Assembly: GCA_043826435.1 (NCBI GenBank)
Contig: JBDRQF010000058.1
Coordinates: 1-49,223 of the forward strand
DNA: 49,223 bases
Reading direction: 5' to 3'
Origin: Elusimicrobiota bacterium
GTDB lineage: Bacteria; Elusimicrobiota; Endomicrobiia; CG1-02-37-114; JAHJSO01
In this document: in pieces, positions 20,738 to 29,647 of the stretch
Layout of the letters: every line of letters begins with the position of its first letter
Position numbering within the stretch: the stretch's first letter is position 1
The notes under the pieces: generated by a model
What the model was told of the DNA's origin: nothing
What the model saw: only the letters and a program-made list of their open reading frames with translations
Database searches by the model: none
Made by a program: the position numbers and the translations under genes

Positions 20738-20878
20738 CTTTTGCCCCTCCGTGCGTTAACCTGTTAGTGCTATCCTAACCTTTTCATAAGTTAGCCAGAA
20801 CAATTAATAAAACCACCAATTGGATGTTTATTTTTGTCCTCCTCCCGGCCAATGCCACCGTCCGGCATTTGCGTCGGT

Positions 20879-22075
20879 TCATTTGTCCTTTATTGACCAT
20901 GCCTTTATTGCGTTGTTATGCTTGCCGTATTCCCTGCCGATTATTACCGTGATGTCCGCCAGACGTTTCTCCGGCGAGTCGTACCTGGTAAATATCTCTT
21001 CGGTGTTCACCGCTTTTGCAATGCTGCGTGACGCCGCCAGGTTGCCGACGCGGTCAACGACGATCGTTTTCAACTGTTCCGTCGGATAATTCCCGTAATC
21101 CACCACGTCAAACCCGGCGTCGCGCAGTTGCCTGGTTACATCAAGCGCCACGCCCCTGTTGCCCGAAGCATTATATACCTCAACCGTAATCTTTGATGTC
21201 TCAAACATGCCCGGTCCGAGGATTAAATCCATAACATGGTTGATTTGCGTTTCGTTCGCAAGCCAGTAAGGCCCGGAGAACCTCCCCGGCAGTTGTGCAA
21301 GGCGGATATTGCCGAAGTCGGCATTTTTGATTTCAAAGAGAAGGATTATCATGTCCCACAGGCCGAAATTCTTGTTGGGCACCTGTGTAAAGAATTTCAG
21401 TATTGCAGGCATTCTGAGTATTGTCTGCGGGCTTCTGATGCGGTTCAGGGTTGCCCGTATAAACCTTTGTTGACGGTAAATCCTGCCGATATCGCCGGCG
21501 CTTCCCCTGAACCGGACATACTCAAGCGCCCTCCTGCCGCCGAGCAGGTGCGCACCGGGGTCAAAATTAATGTTGAGTTTGCCCGCCCTGTCGGTGTAGT
21601 GCATCGGTTCTTCTATGTCAATCTTAACCCCGCCGAGTATGTCTATAAACCTTGAAAACAGGGTGTAATCAATGTGGATGTAAAATACGGAGTCAAAACG
21701 GTTCTGAAAAACATTTGACACCACCCTGCAGAATGCCTGCAATGCAGACATGTGATTCTTTTGCGATTTCCAGTAATATGCATAGACCTCGTTTATTTTT
21801 TTTACCCTTGTCCCGGGTAATTCTATCCTTGTATCCCTGGGGACGGAAATGACGTCAAACAGCCGCTTCCTCGGGTTGTATGTAAGGAATATAATCGTAT
21901 CGGAGTGCCGGGCGTAATCAACCCAGTCGGTGCCTACTATTACAAAATTTATGTTCCTGTTGTTTCTGATGAGCGTGGCTACGGGGTTTGTCCAGGAGAA
22001 ATAGACGGACAACAATATGACGGCGGCGCATAAGAGCAGTAAAACCTGTTTGAAAGATATTGTCTTCATCTTCAT
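20879..22075 (-). CDS. LCP (LytR-CpsA-Psr) family protein with LytR_C domain
   Basis: N-terminal TM, HSDTII, SVPRDT, YVRFR...DIGRIYRQQ, VEVYNASG...DITVIIG. Confidence 0.9.
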   Translation of the reverse strand: MKMKTISFKQVLLLLCAAVILLSVYFSWTNPVATLIRNNRNINFVIVGTDWVDYARHSDTIIFLTYNPRKRLFDVISVPRDTRIELPGTRVKKINEVYAYYWKSQKNHMSALQAFCRVVSNVFQNRFDSVFYIHIDYTLFSRFIDILGGVKIDIEEPMHYTDRAGKLNINFDPGAHLLGGRRALEYVRFRGSAGDIGRIYRQQRFIRATLNRIRSPQTILRMPAILKFFTQVPNKNFGLWDMIILLFEIKNADFGNIRLAQLPGRFSGPYWLANETQINHVMDLILGPGMFETSKITVEVYNASGNRGVALDVTRQLRDAGFDVVDYGNYPTEQLKTIVVDRVGNLAASRSIAKAVNTEEIFTRYDSPEKRLADITVIIGREYGKHNNAIKAWSIKDK

Positions 22076-22680
22076 ATGTAAAGCCCGTTTTTCCTGATGT
22101 ATTCAATGACACTGTCAGGCAGGAGATACAGGACGGATTTGTTTTTTCTTATTTCGGATCTTATGAAAGTGCTTGAGACATTCAAGTAAGGCATTGCAAA
22201 AACGCGGACGTTCCTGCGGGTCCTTACCGCAACGGGTTTTGCCGCAACGGCTCCTGCCGCCCGTACGCCGCAGGGCGTCCTTATGCCTACTATAAAATCA
22301 CATCTTTCAAGAATCTTTTCACCGTATTTCCATGTTTTAATCTGGGACAGGACGTCGTCCCCGGCTATGAAATATATTTTGTGTTTCGGAGCCGGGTATA
22401 TCTTCTTGAAGTGTTCAATTGTGTCATAAGTATAACTCGGGGTGTTCTTTTTTATTTCATATTCCCCGATTGAAAAATATTTATTGGGGAATACGGCGAG
22501 TTTCAGCATTTTCAGCCGGTGGCTGTTGTCCGCAACCCCCTTTTTCGGCTTGTGCGGGGGAAGCCCCGCCGGGACAAAAATCACCCTGTCAAGATTAAAA
22601 GCTACCCTGGCGTTTTCTGCAAGCAGGAGATGCCCGTTGTGCACGGGGTTGAAAGTTCCTCCGAAAATTCCTATTCGCAT
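22072..22680 (-). CDS. nadD: Nicotinate-nucleotide adenylyltransferase
   Basis: GGTFNPVHNGH, PPHK, SYTYDT, VSSTFIR. Confidence 0.95.
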   Translation of the reverse strand: MRIGIFGGTFNPVHNGHLLLAENARVAFNLDRVIFVPAGLPPHKPKKGVADNSHRLKMLKLAVFPNKYFSIGEYEIKKNTPSYTYDTIEHFKKIYPAPKHKIYFIAGDDVLSQIKTWKYGEKILERCDFIVGIRTPCGVRAAGAVAAKPVAVRTRRNVRVFAMPYLNVSSTFIRSEIRKNKSVLYLLPDSVIEYIRKNGLYI

Positions 22681-22687
22681 AAAATAA

Positions 22688-23962
22688 TTATTCCCTTACC
22701 TGTCCGGTGCCCGTGACTATATATTTCGTGGTTGTGAGTTCCCTCACTCCCATTGTGCCCCTTGCGTGGAGTTTCTGCGTTGATATCCCGATTTCCGCCC
22801 CTAAACCGAATACGCCGCCGTCGTGCAACCGCGTTGAGGCGTTGTGGAATACGGCTGCAGAATCAACCCCTTTTATAAACTCACCTGCCGTTTTTTCATC
22901 GTCGGTGATTATTGCGTCCGAATGGCCGGAACCGTATTTGTTTATGTGTTCTATCGCCTCCTGTGTTGAACCGACGACCTTTACGGATAAAATCAAATCC
23001 AGGTATTCGGCCGGCCAGTCATCTTTGGTTGCCTTTTTCACATGAGGCACGTGCGGGAGGATTTTTAACGTTTCCGGACATCCCCGTATTTCAACGTTCG
23101 CCGCTGCATACGCCCGAGCAAGTTGCGGCAGAACTTTCTCGGCGATATCCCTGTGGACGAGCAGGGTTTCCATCGCATTACACACGCCAGGCCTCTGGAC
23201 CTTTGCGTTGTAAGACACCTTAATGGCCATGTCGGCGGAGGCGTCAGTGTCTATGTAGGTGTGGCAGACCCCCTTGCCGTGTGCAAGGACAGGCACGGTC
23301 GCTTCACGGCGGATTTTTTTTATCATCTCTTCCCCGCCCCGCGGAATTATTAAGTCAATGAGAGCGTCCTGCCGCACCATTTCATAAACCCTGCGCCTGT
23401 CGGTGTCGTCAATAAACTGGATGATTTCCTGCGGTATCTCTGACGGCCGGCCGGATTTTTCCAGTGCGTCCTTTATAACCCGCACAAGAATCCTGTTGGA
23501 GTTTATCGCCTCTTTCCCTCCCCGCAGGATTATTGCGTTTGAAGATTTCAGGCACAGTGCAGACGAGTCAACCGTTACATTGGGCCTTGACTCGTATATC
23601 ATTCCTACCACGCCCAGCGGAACTTTGACCTTTTTAATTCTCATTCCCGACGGTGTTCTCCATTCAGAGAGAACTTCACCGACCGGGTCCGGGAGCGCGG
23701 CTATATCCCTGACGCCCTTTGCGATGTCCCGTATGGTTTTTTCCGTCATGACAAGGCGGTCTATCAGCGCCCCTGAAAGCCCTTTTTTTCGCGCCTCCGA
23801 TACGTCCTTCCGGTTTTCAGCGATTATCCTGCCCGATTTTGCAATGAGTTCATCGGCGATTAAATCAAGGGCTGCATTTTTTGCATCAGTGCTGGCGAGG
23901 GCGAGTTTCCTTGAGGAGTCCTTTGCCCGTCGTGCAATCTCGTCTATTTTAATTTTTTTCAT
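22688..23962 (-). CDS. proA: Gamma-glutamyl phosphate reductase
   Basis: YESRPNVT, IPRGG, CNAMETLL, NASTR, GAEIGISTQKLHARG. Confidence 0.96.
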   Translation of the reverse strand: MKKIKIDEIARRAKDSSRKLALASTDAKNAALDLIADELIAKSGRIIAENRKDVSEARKKGLSGALIDRLVMTEKTIRDIAKGVRDIAALPDPVGEVLSEWRTPSGMRIKKVKVPLGVVGMIYESRPNVTVDSSALCLKSSNAIILRGGKEAINSNRILVRVIKDALEKSGRPSEIPQEIIQFIDDTDRRRVYEMVRQDALIDLIIPRGGEEMIKKIRREATVPVLAHGKGVCHTYIDTDASADMAIKVSYNAKVQRPGVCNAMETLLVHRDIAEKVLPQLARAYAAANVEIRGCPETLKILPHVPHVKKATKDDWPAEYLDLILSVKVVGSTQEAIEHINKYGSGHSDAIITDDEKTAGEFIKGVDSAAVFHNASTRLHDGGVFGLGAEIGISTQKLHARGTMGVRELTTTKYIVTGTGQVRE

Positions 23963-24001
23963 TTGTGTACCGGTGCCTGTATAGAGGGGTGCCGCAGGAT
24001 A

Positions 24002-24481
24002 CTATTTCATCATTTCCCACAGCGTCTGCCGTATCTCGCGGCCGCATGTGTCCGCCTGCCAGAAGACCTCGTCGGCGGTAAACCGCAGGACCTTCCAGCC
24101 GTACATCTGCAGATGCCTGTCCCTCTTCTTGTCTTCCTTTATCTGTTCCGGCTCCCGCTGGTGCCTGCCGCCGTCGCACTCTACGACGAGTTCCTTTCCG
24201 TTTGGAGTCCTCAGTAAAAAATCAACCCTGTAAGTAAAAGACGGGAGTTTTATTTCCTGCTGGGGCAGTACCTGCATTTCTTCCGGGAGACAAAGTATAA
24301 GTTCCCACAGGAGCACTTTTTCAGGCGGGGAGTCCGCATCGCACAACTGCGAAAGTTTCGTGAACCTTTCCATTACGGCATACAAAATCCACTCCTGGGT
24401 CTGCTTTATCCTGAATTTTCCGTAATCGTCAATCTGCTCGTCAAGTTTCTGGTTAAAGTCCCACATCCAGCCCTCAGCCAT
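24002..24481 (-). CDS. DUF559 / Vsr-like PD-(D/E)xK endonuclease domain protein
   Basis: SPPE, YRVDF, VVECDGGRH, DKKRDRHLQMYGWKVLRF. Confidence 0.8.
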   Translation of the reverse strand: MAEGWMWDFNQKLDEQIDDYGKFRIKQTQEWILYAVMERFTKLSQLCDADSPPEKVLLWELILCLPEEMQVLPQQEIKLPSFTYRVDFLLRTPNGKELVVECDGGRHQREPEQIKEDKKRDRHLQMYGWKVLRFTADEVFWQADTCGREIRQTLWEMMK

Positions 24482-24489
24482 GGAACCTC

Positions 24490-26553
24490 CTATTGTTTTC
24501 CGGTCTTTTTTATGAAGTTTATCAGCCCGCCGTCAAGGATAACCCGTATTTCCCTGTCAGTTAGCATGCATATCGTTTTGATGACGATGTTTTTTGTTTT
24601 GTTGATGATTTTTACAGGTTCCCTTTTCCTAATAATCTCCCGAAGGGAAACGTCGTTGTCTGTCCGGATGATGTCTGCCCGGTCTATGCTCTGGTAGTCC
24701 GATGGATTTTTGAAGACCAGCGGCAGTATTCCGAAGTTTATAAGGTTTGCAAGATGAATACGGGCGAATGATTTTGCGATAACTGTGTTTATGCCCAGAT
24801 ACCTCAGGGCTATCGCAGCGTGTTCTCTGGACGAACCCTGCCCGTAATTTTCTCCTGCCACTATCGCCCCCGAGTCGCCCTGTGCTGACTTTTGCGAGTT
24901 GCCCTGTGCTTCTCCCTGCCTGGTATTTAATGATTCGGCCCTTTTGACAAAGGATGAATCAATTTTAGAAAATGTCCAACGGGATATGGCCGGTATGTTT
25001 GACCTCAGCGGCAGGGCCTTTGCCCCTGCTGGGAGTATGTCGTCTGTGGAGATGCCGTCGCCTAATTTCAGAAGGACCTCGCAGTTTATGTATTCCGGCA
25101 GGCACGGAAATACGGGCAGGGGTTTTATGTTCGGCCCGCGGGCTATCTCTATTTTTCCCCTTTCCTTTTCTTTCGGCGGGTAAATAAAATTTGTAATGCC
25201 GGTTTTAGCGGTGCCGGTTTGGACGCCGGTTTTCAGGCAGGTTTTATAGTTTATCTCCGGGAGTTTTCCGAGGCGTTGCGGGTCGGTTATTTTTCCGTTT
25301 ATGGCGCTTGCCAGAGCCGTCTGCGTACTGCACAGATAGACGCCAGCATCGGCAGTCCCGCTCCTGCCGGGGAAGTTCCTGTTGAAAGTCCTTAATGAGA
25401 TACCGCTGCTTTTAGGGGCGCACCCCATACCGATGCAGGGCCCGCAGGATGCCTCAAGAATCCTTGCCCCTGAATTGATTAACGCCGTAAGATGTCCGGT
25501 TTGAGACAGCACAGACATGACCCCCCTTGAACCGGGCGTAACTATAAATTCCACATCAGGAGAAATCTTTTTATTCTTAAGTACCGCGCACGCTAACAGG
25601 AGTTCATCCAATGAGGAATTCGTGCAGGAACCGATGCATACCTGGTGGACCCTCTGCCCCTCAATGTCGCGGACTTTAACGACATTGTCGGGAGAGTAAG
25701 GCCTGGCGACGAGTGGTTCAATTCCCGTCAGATGGACGGTGTGCGCGGATGCGTATGTTGCATTTTTTTCAGGCAGCATCTTCTTCCATTGGTTTTCCCT
25801 GCCCATTTCCTTAAGGAAATCCCTTGTGATTTCATCCGACGGGAACACAGATGATGTTAAGCCCATCTCGCTGCCCATGTTTGCAATGGTTGCCCTCTCA
25901 GGCACAGACAGGTGTTTTAGCCCGTCCCCTGTATATTCAAAAACTTTTCCTATGCCTCCCTTGACAGAGAATTCCCTGAGCAATTCAAGGATGATGTCTT
26001 TGGCGCTGACCCATGGTTTAAGGTTTCCTTTCAGGATGATGTTCACTACTGCAGGCATGTTGAAAAAGAAAGGGATTCCTGCAAGGGCGGACGCCACGTC
26101 CATCCCCCCCGCCCCGATTGCAAGCATCCCGACAGCGCCCCCTGTCGGGGTATGGCTGTCCGAACCTAACAGCGTTTTGCCGGGAACTGCAAAATTTTCC
26201 AGATGTAGATGGTGGCAGATGCCGTTTCCCGCCGGTGAGAATATTATGCCGTACCGGGACGCCATAGATTTTAGAAATGCGTGGTCGTCTGAATTTTCAA
26301 AACCCGTCTGGAGTGTATTGTGGTCAATGTACGAAACGGAGGTTTCGGTTTTAATGCCGGCCAGATTAAACTGTTCAAATTCCAGATAAACGAGTGTCCC
26401 GGTTGCATCCTGTGTGAGGGTCTGGTCAATCCTTATTGCGATTTTTTCCCCAGAAGGGGGAGTCGGGGGTAGTTTTTTAGCGATGCCTGTTTTAGACACC
26501 CCGGCCAGGTGGGAGACCAGATGGGAAAAAATAATTTTCTCCGTAAGGTTCAT
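24490..26553 (-). CDS. Aconitate hydratase (single-chain AcoA-like family)
   Basis: [46 protein letters not shown]. Confidence 0.9.
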   Translation of the reverse strand: MNLTEKIIFSHLVSHLAGVSKTGIAKKLPPTPPSGEKIAIRIDQTLTQDATGTLVYLEFEQFNLAGIKTETSVSYIDHNTLQTGFENSDDHAFLKSMASRYGIIFSPAGNGICHHLHLENFAVPGKTLLGSDSHTPTGGAVGMLAIGAGGMDVASALAGIPFFFNMPAVVNIILKGNLKPWVSAKDIILELLREFSVKGGIGKVFEYTGDGLKHLSVPERATIANMGSEMGLTSSVFPSDEITRDFLKEMGRENQWKKMLPEKNATYASAHTVHLTGIEPLVARPYSPDNVVKVRDIEGQRVHQVCIGSCTNSSLDELLLACAVLKNKKISPDVEFIVTPGSRGVMSVLSQTGHLTALINSGARILEASCGPCIGMGCAPKSSGISLRTFNRNFPGRSGTADAGVYLCSTQTALASAINGKITDPQRLGKLPEINYKTCLKTGVQTGTAKTGITNFIYPPKEKERGKIEIARGPNIKPLPVFPCLPEYINCEVLLKLGDGISTDDILPAGAKALPLRSNIPAISRWTFSKIDSSFVKRAESLNTRQGEAQGNSQKSAQGDSGAIVAGENYGQGSSREHAAIALRYLGINTVIAKSFARIHLANLINFGILPLVFKNPSDYQSIDRADIIRTDNDVSLREIIRKREPVKIINKTKNIVIKTICMLTDREIRVILDGGLINFIKKTGKQ

Positions 26554-26561
26554 ACCCCTGT

Positions 26562-26590
26562 ATGATAGTATATTTTTGAAAGTAAATCAA
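26562..26590 (-). promoter_or_regulatory. Possible sigma70 promoter for aconitase
   Basis: Minus strand TTGATT-N17-TATCAT. Confidence 0.4.
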
Positions 26591-26613
26591 GTGCAGGCGC
26601 ATACAAGTAACAC

Positions 26614-26668
26614 AAAAAAGGCCCTTCAACTATCATGCAGCAAGTTTTGTTAGTTAAGGACCTCTTTT
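26614..26668 (-). terminator. Probable intrinsic terminator after the small basic protein gene
   Basis: Minus strand AGGTCCTTAACTA...TAGTTGAAGGGCCT imperfect stem followed by a T-run. Confidence 0.6.
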
Positions 26669-26709
26669 ATGTGTTTGTCCGTTAAATTGAGCGTACGTAG
26701 ATTATTGAC

Positions 26710-26931
26710 TTATCTACGGGCCATTTTCGCACTGGAGATATCGCCCTGTTTGTCAACGAAATACAGATACCCCTTTGCCTTCTTAACTCCTGCCTTCGCG
26801 ACCTTCTCCGGTTTCCCACCCTTCTTTCCGCCGCGGGCCATTTTCGCACGGGAAACATCACCATTCTTGTCAACGAAATACAGATACCCCTTTGCCTTCT
26901 TTACTCCTACCTTCGCGACCTTTTGTTTCAT
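26710..26931 (-). CDS. Small, highly basic protein made of two 30-aa repeats (unknown function)
   Basis: Strong SD AGGAGGTG; KVAKxGVKKAKGYLYFVDKxGDxSxAKMAR twice; 18 Lys in 73 aa. Confidence 0.85.
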   Translation of the reverse strand: MKQKVAKVGVKKAKGYLYFVDKNGDVSRAKMARGGKKGGKPEKVAKAGVKKAKGYLYFVDKQGDISSAKMARR

Positions 26932-26979
26932 TTTGTTTCACCTCCTTTTATATTTTGATTTTGAATCAACACTCCGCTA

Positions 26980-28167
26980 TTAACCGGTCGTTACCGCCGG
27001 TTTTTTTACAGCGTTTTGTTCCGCGTTAACCTTTACATTTGCAGGTACGCTTATCGGCACGCTTACCGGCGATGAACCATTTTCAGGATAAACAAATACT
27101 TTCCCCTCATAATTTTTCAGTATCACTCCCTTTCTTGATTTTGATATAACGTAGTCAGGACCGAGGGGGATCTTCCCGCCACCGCCCGGCGCATCAATTA
27201 CATACGTGGGGATGGCATATCCGGAGGTGTGTCCCCTGAGCGACTGGATTATTTTTATCCCCGTTGACACGGACGCACGGAAATGCTCGGTACCTTGTGC
27301 AAGGTCGCACTGGTATATATAGTAGGGCCTCACCCGTATTTTCAGTAGTTCGTGCATCAACTGGTGTATAACTGCGGGCCTGTCATTGATGCCTTTCAGC
27401 AGAACCGTTTGCGAGCCGAGAGGTATCCCTGCGTCCGACAGGGCAGAACATGCCGTCCGGACTTCAGCGGTTATTTCTTTGGCGTGGTTAAAGTGGATGC
27501 TTATGTAGAGAGGGTGATACTTTTTAAGCATTTTGCACAGATGCCCTGTAATTCTCTGAGGTATCGTGACCGGAGCCCTTGTGCCTATGCGGATTATCTC
27601 AATGTGGCGGACAGACCTTACGGCTTTTATGTATCTTTCAAGTTTATCGTCGGAAAGCAAAAGCGGGTCTCCGCCTGAAATCAGAACGTCCCTTATCTTT
27701 TTATTTTCCTGCAGGTAGTTAAGCGCTGATTGGAAATTCGTCGGGCTTATTGTAATTTCGCTTGAGCCGACTACCCTTCTGCGGGTGCAGTGCCTGCAAT
27801 AGGTGGCGCACATGTCGGTTAAGAGCAGCAATACCCTGTCGGGGTAACGGTGCACGAGCCCGGGCACGATGCTGTCCGCTTCTTCACCGCACGGGTCTGC
27901 AAGTTCGTTTATGTTTGTTTTGAATTCTTCAAGCGAAGGCACGCACTGTTTTCTGATGGGGCATTCAGGGTCTGTCTTGCTTATCAAAGATGCGAAATAC
28001 GGCGTAATAGCCATCTTAAACCTCTTGTTGGAGAGGTGTTGTATGGCCCTCTTTTCTTCTATCGTTAACTCCAGAACCTTCTGTAATTGTTCAAGCGTCG
28101 TTATCCTGTTTCTTAACTGCCAGTGCCAGTCATTAAATACAGAACTTTCAGGGTCAGGGCTGTTCAT
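26980..28167 (-). CDS. kamA: KamA-family radical SAM / lysine 2,3-aminomutase
   Basis: DWHWQL, HRYPDR, CATYCRHCTRRR, SGGDP, YIYQCD, DAPGGGGKIP (PLP lysine); ATG 28167 after AGGAGG is the likely start (track gives 28209). Confidence 0.92.
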   Translation of the reverse strand: MNSPDPESSVFNDWHWQLRNRITTLEQLQKVLELTIEEKRAIQHLSNKRFKMAITPYFASLISKTDPECPIRKQCVPSLEEFKTNINELADPCGEEADSIVPGLVHRYPDRVLLLLTDMCATYCRHCTRRRVVGSSEITISPTNFQSALNYLQENKKIRDVLISGGDPLLLSDDKLERYIKAVRSVRHIEIIRIGTRAPVTIPQRITGHLCKMLKKYHPLYISIHFNHAKEITAEVRTACSALSDAGIPLGSQTVLLKGINDRPAVIHQLMHELLKIRVRPYYIYQCDLAQGTEHFRASVSTGIKIIQSLRGHTSGYAIPTYVIDAPGGGGKIPLGPDYVISKSRKGVILKNYEGKVFVYPENGSSPVSVPISVPANVKVNAEQNAVKKPAVTTG

Positions 28168-28189
28168 TTTGTAAAACGTTAGCCTCCTT

Positions 28190-28420
28190 TTATTTTTCCT
28201 GTTTTTCAAGAAGAGACATCTGGAAATCAGGGCCCACTGAAATTATCTTTTCCTTCAACCAGTGGTCCACAACCTCTTTGGAAAACCTGTACTGCCTGCC
28301 GATACGCGATGCAGGAATCTTTCTTTGCCGTATCAGGTTATAGATTTTTGATTTCCCTATCCCCAGGTACTGCGAGAGTTGTCTCACATCCATAATTTCA
28401 ACCTGTTTTTTATCTTCCAT
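28190..28420 (-). CDS. Excisionase-like (HTH_17 / BldC-like) DNA-binding protein
   Basis: MDVRQLSQYLGIGKSKIYNLIRQRKIPASRIGRQYRF...WL. Confidence 0.88.
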   Translation of the reverse strand: MEDKKQVEIMDVRQLSQYLGIGKSKIYNLIRQRKIPASRIGRQYRFSKEVVDHWLKEKIISVGPDFQMSLLEKQEK

Positions 28421-28461
28421 ATTTTACCACCCTGTCTCTTGTTTTCCCATTGCCTGCTATG

Positions 28462-28490
28462 ATTATACAATATTTGTTATTTTTTGTCAA
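28462..28490 (-). promoter_or_regulatory. Perfect-consensus sigma70 promoter
   Basis: Minus strand TTGACA (28490-28485), N17, TATAAT (28467-28462). Confidence 0.85.
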
Positions 28491-28563
28491 GGGGGTACGG
28501 AAAAAAATTTTCTCAGCCATGGAGTGCCATCTGTTGCCAGATTTTCCCATTTAGTGCTTTTGG

Positions 28564-29184
28564 TTATTTGGAATGGATTTTGGGGGGTTTTATATAGAGT
28601 GGTTTTATTTTTTGATAGGAAACGCCATTTTTTCCGGAGGCGTATTTCAGAAGAGCGGATGCCCTGGGGAAAGAAAACTTTGCAAAATTTAACGCGCCGG
28701 TCGTTGCGGTGAAATACGGCGAGATTCTTTTTATTTTACCTTTTGAGATTTCATAAAGAGCATAATGAAATTTGTTCGAGGATGCGGGGACAAGCGGACA
28801 TACAATTTCCGCGGGCGCCTCTGCGGCGAGGCCGCGCCGCACAGTAATGTCCCCGGATATCTGATATGCCAGTAGTTCAAGCGTGGGGATGCCGACGACC
28901 GGGATGTTTAATAAATGCGAGATTGTCCGGGCAAAACTCAGTCCCACCCGGATGCCAGTAAAACTTCCCGGGCCGGTGGTCACAAAAATTTTTTTTATAT
29001 CAGAGGGTGAAGCGGGCGGATTTATTTTTTTCAGGAGTTTGTCAAACGAGCGGACTACTGTCTCAGGCCGGCCGGCCCTGTTTGTGTTGTCCTGTTTTAT
29101 GAATATCTCCCGGATAATATTTTTCCTCGGGTCAAGAATCGCCATGCTGAAACAACTGGTGGTTGTATCAATCGCCAGGTACAT
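28564..29184 (-). CDS. tsaB: t6A biosynthesis protein TsaB
   Basis: YLAIDTT, GPGSFTGIRVG, C-terminal PLYI. Confidence 0.9.
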   Translation of the reverse strand: MYLAIDTTTSCFSMAILDPRKNIIREIFIKQDNTNRAGRPETVVRSFDKLLKKINPPASPSDIKKIFVTTGPGSFTGIRVGLSFARTISHLLNIPVVGIPTLELLAYQISGDITVRRGLAAEAPAEIVCPLVPASSNKFHYALYEISKGKIKRISPYFTATTGALNFAKFSFPRASALLKYASGKNGVSYQKIKPLYIKPPKIHSK

Positions 29185-29647
29185 AGTAAATGATTTTCCT
29201 CCTGTTGTCTTTAAGGATTTTGAAATTAACTATATATTTTTTGTTCCGCCTGAAATCCCCCCACAGCGCCCTTATCTTTTCAGACCATTCTATCGCCGTT
29301 ATGCCTTTTTCGGACACATATTCCTGCAGCCCGGCATCCATGAATTGTTTTTTGTTGATGCGGTATAAATCCATGTGACAGAAGTTTTTTTCCGGGTATT
29401 CCCTCGCCAGTATAAAACTTGAGCTGGTGACGGCCTTTTTTATGCCGAGCCCGCGTGCAATCCCCTTTACAAAAGTTGTTTTCCCGCTGCCCAGCCCGCC
29501 CGTAAGAAAAACGACAGCGCCCGGTTTAAGGTATCGGGAGAATTTTTTTCCGAGGCGGGACGTCTCAAGAGGAGAATTGGTAAGCCGGATTCCTGAAATG
29601 TTCAAAGCCCGTTTTTTTGATTTCAAGTTCTTTTTTGTTTTTTCCAC
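29168..29647 (-). CDS. tsaE: t6A biosynthesis ATPase TsaE (start uncertain; overlaps the 3' end of thiL)
   Basis: GGLGSGKTTF, VTSSSF, HMDLYR, IEW. Confidence 0.9.
   Translation of the reverse strand: MEKTKKNLKSKKRALNISGIRLTNSPLETSRLGKKFSRYLKPGAVVFLTGGLGSGKTTFVKGIARGLGIKKAVTSSSFILAREYPEKNFCHMDLYRINKKQFMDAGLQEYVSEKGITAIEWSEKIRALWGDFRRNKKYIVNFKILKDNRRKIIYYVPGD

Noticed and set aside
26710..28167. RiPP cluster (radical SAM plus precursor peptide)
   Set aside because: The enzyme is a PLP-dependent KamA type that needs a free alpha-amino group; it has no SPASM or RRE domain, and no peptidase or transporter is present
28190..28420. Prophage or ICE excision module
   Set aside because: No integrase, att-associated tRNA or phage genes nearby; the flanks are housekeeping genes
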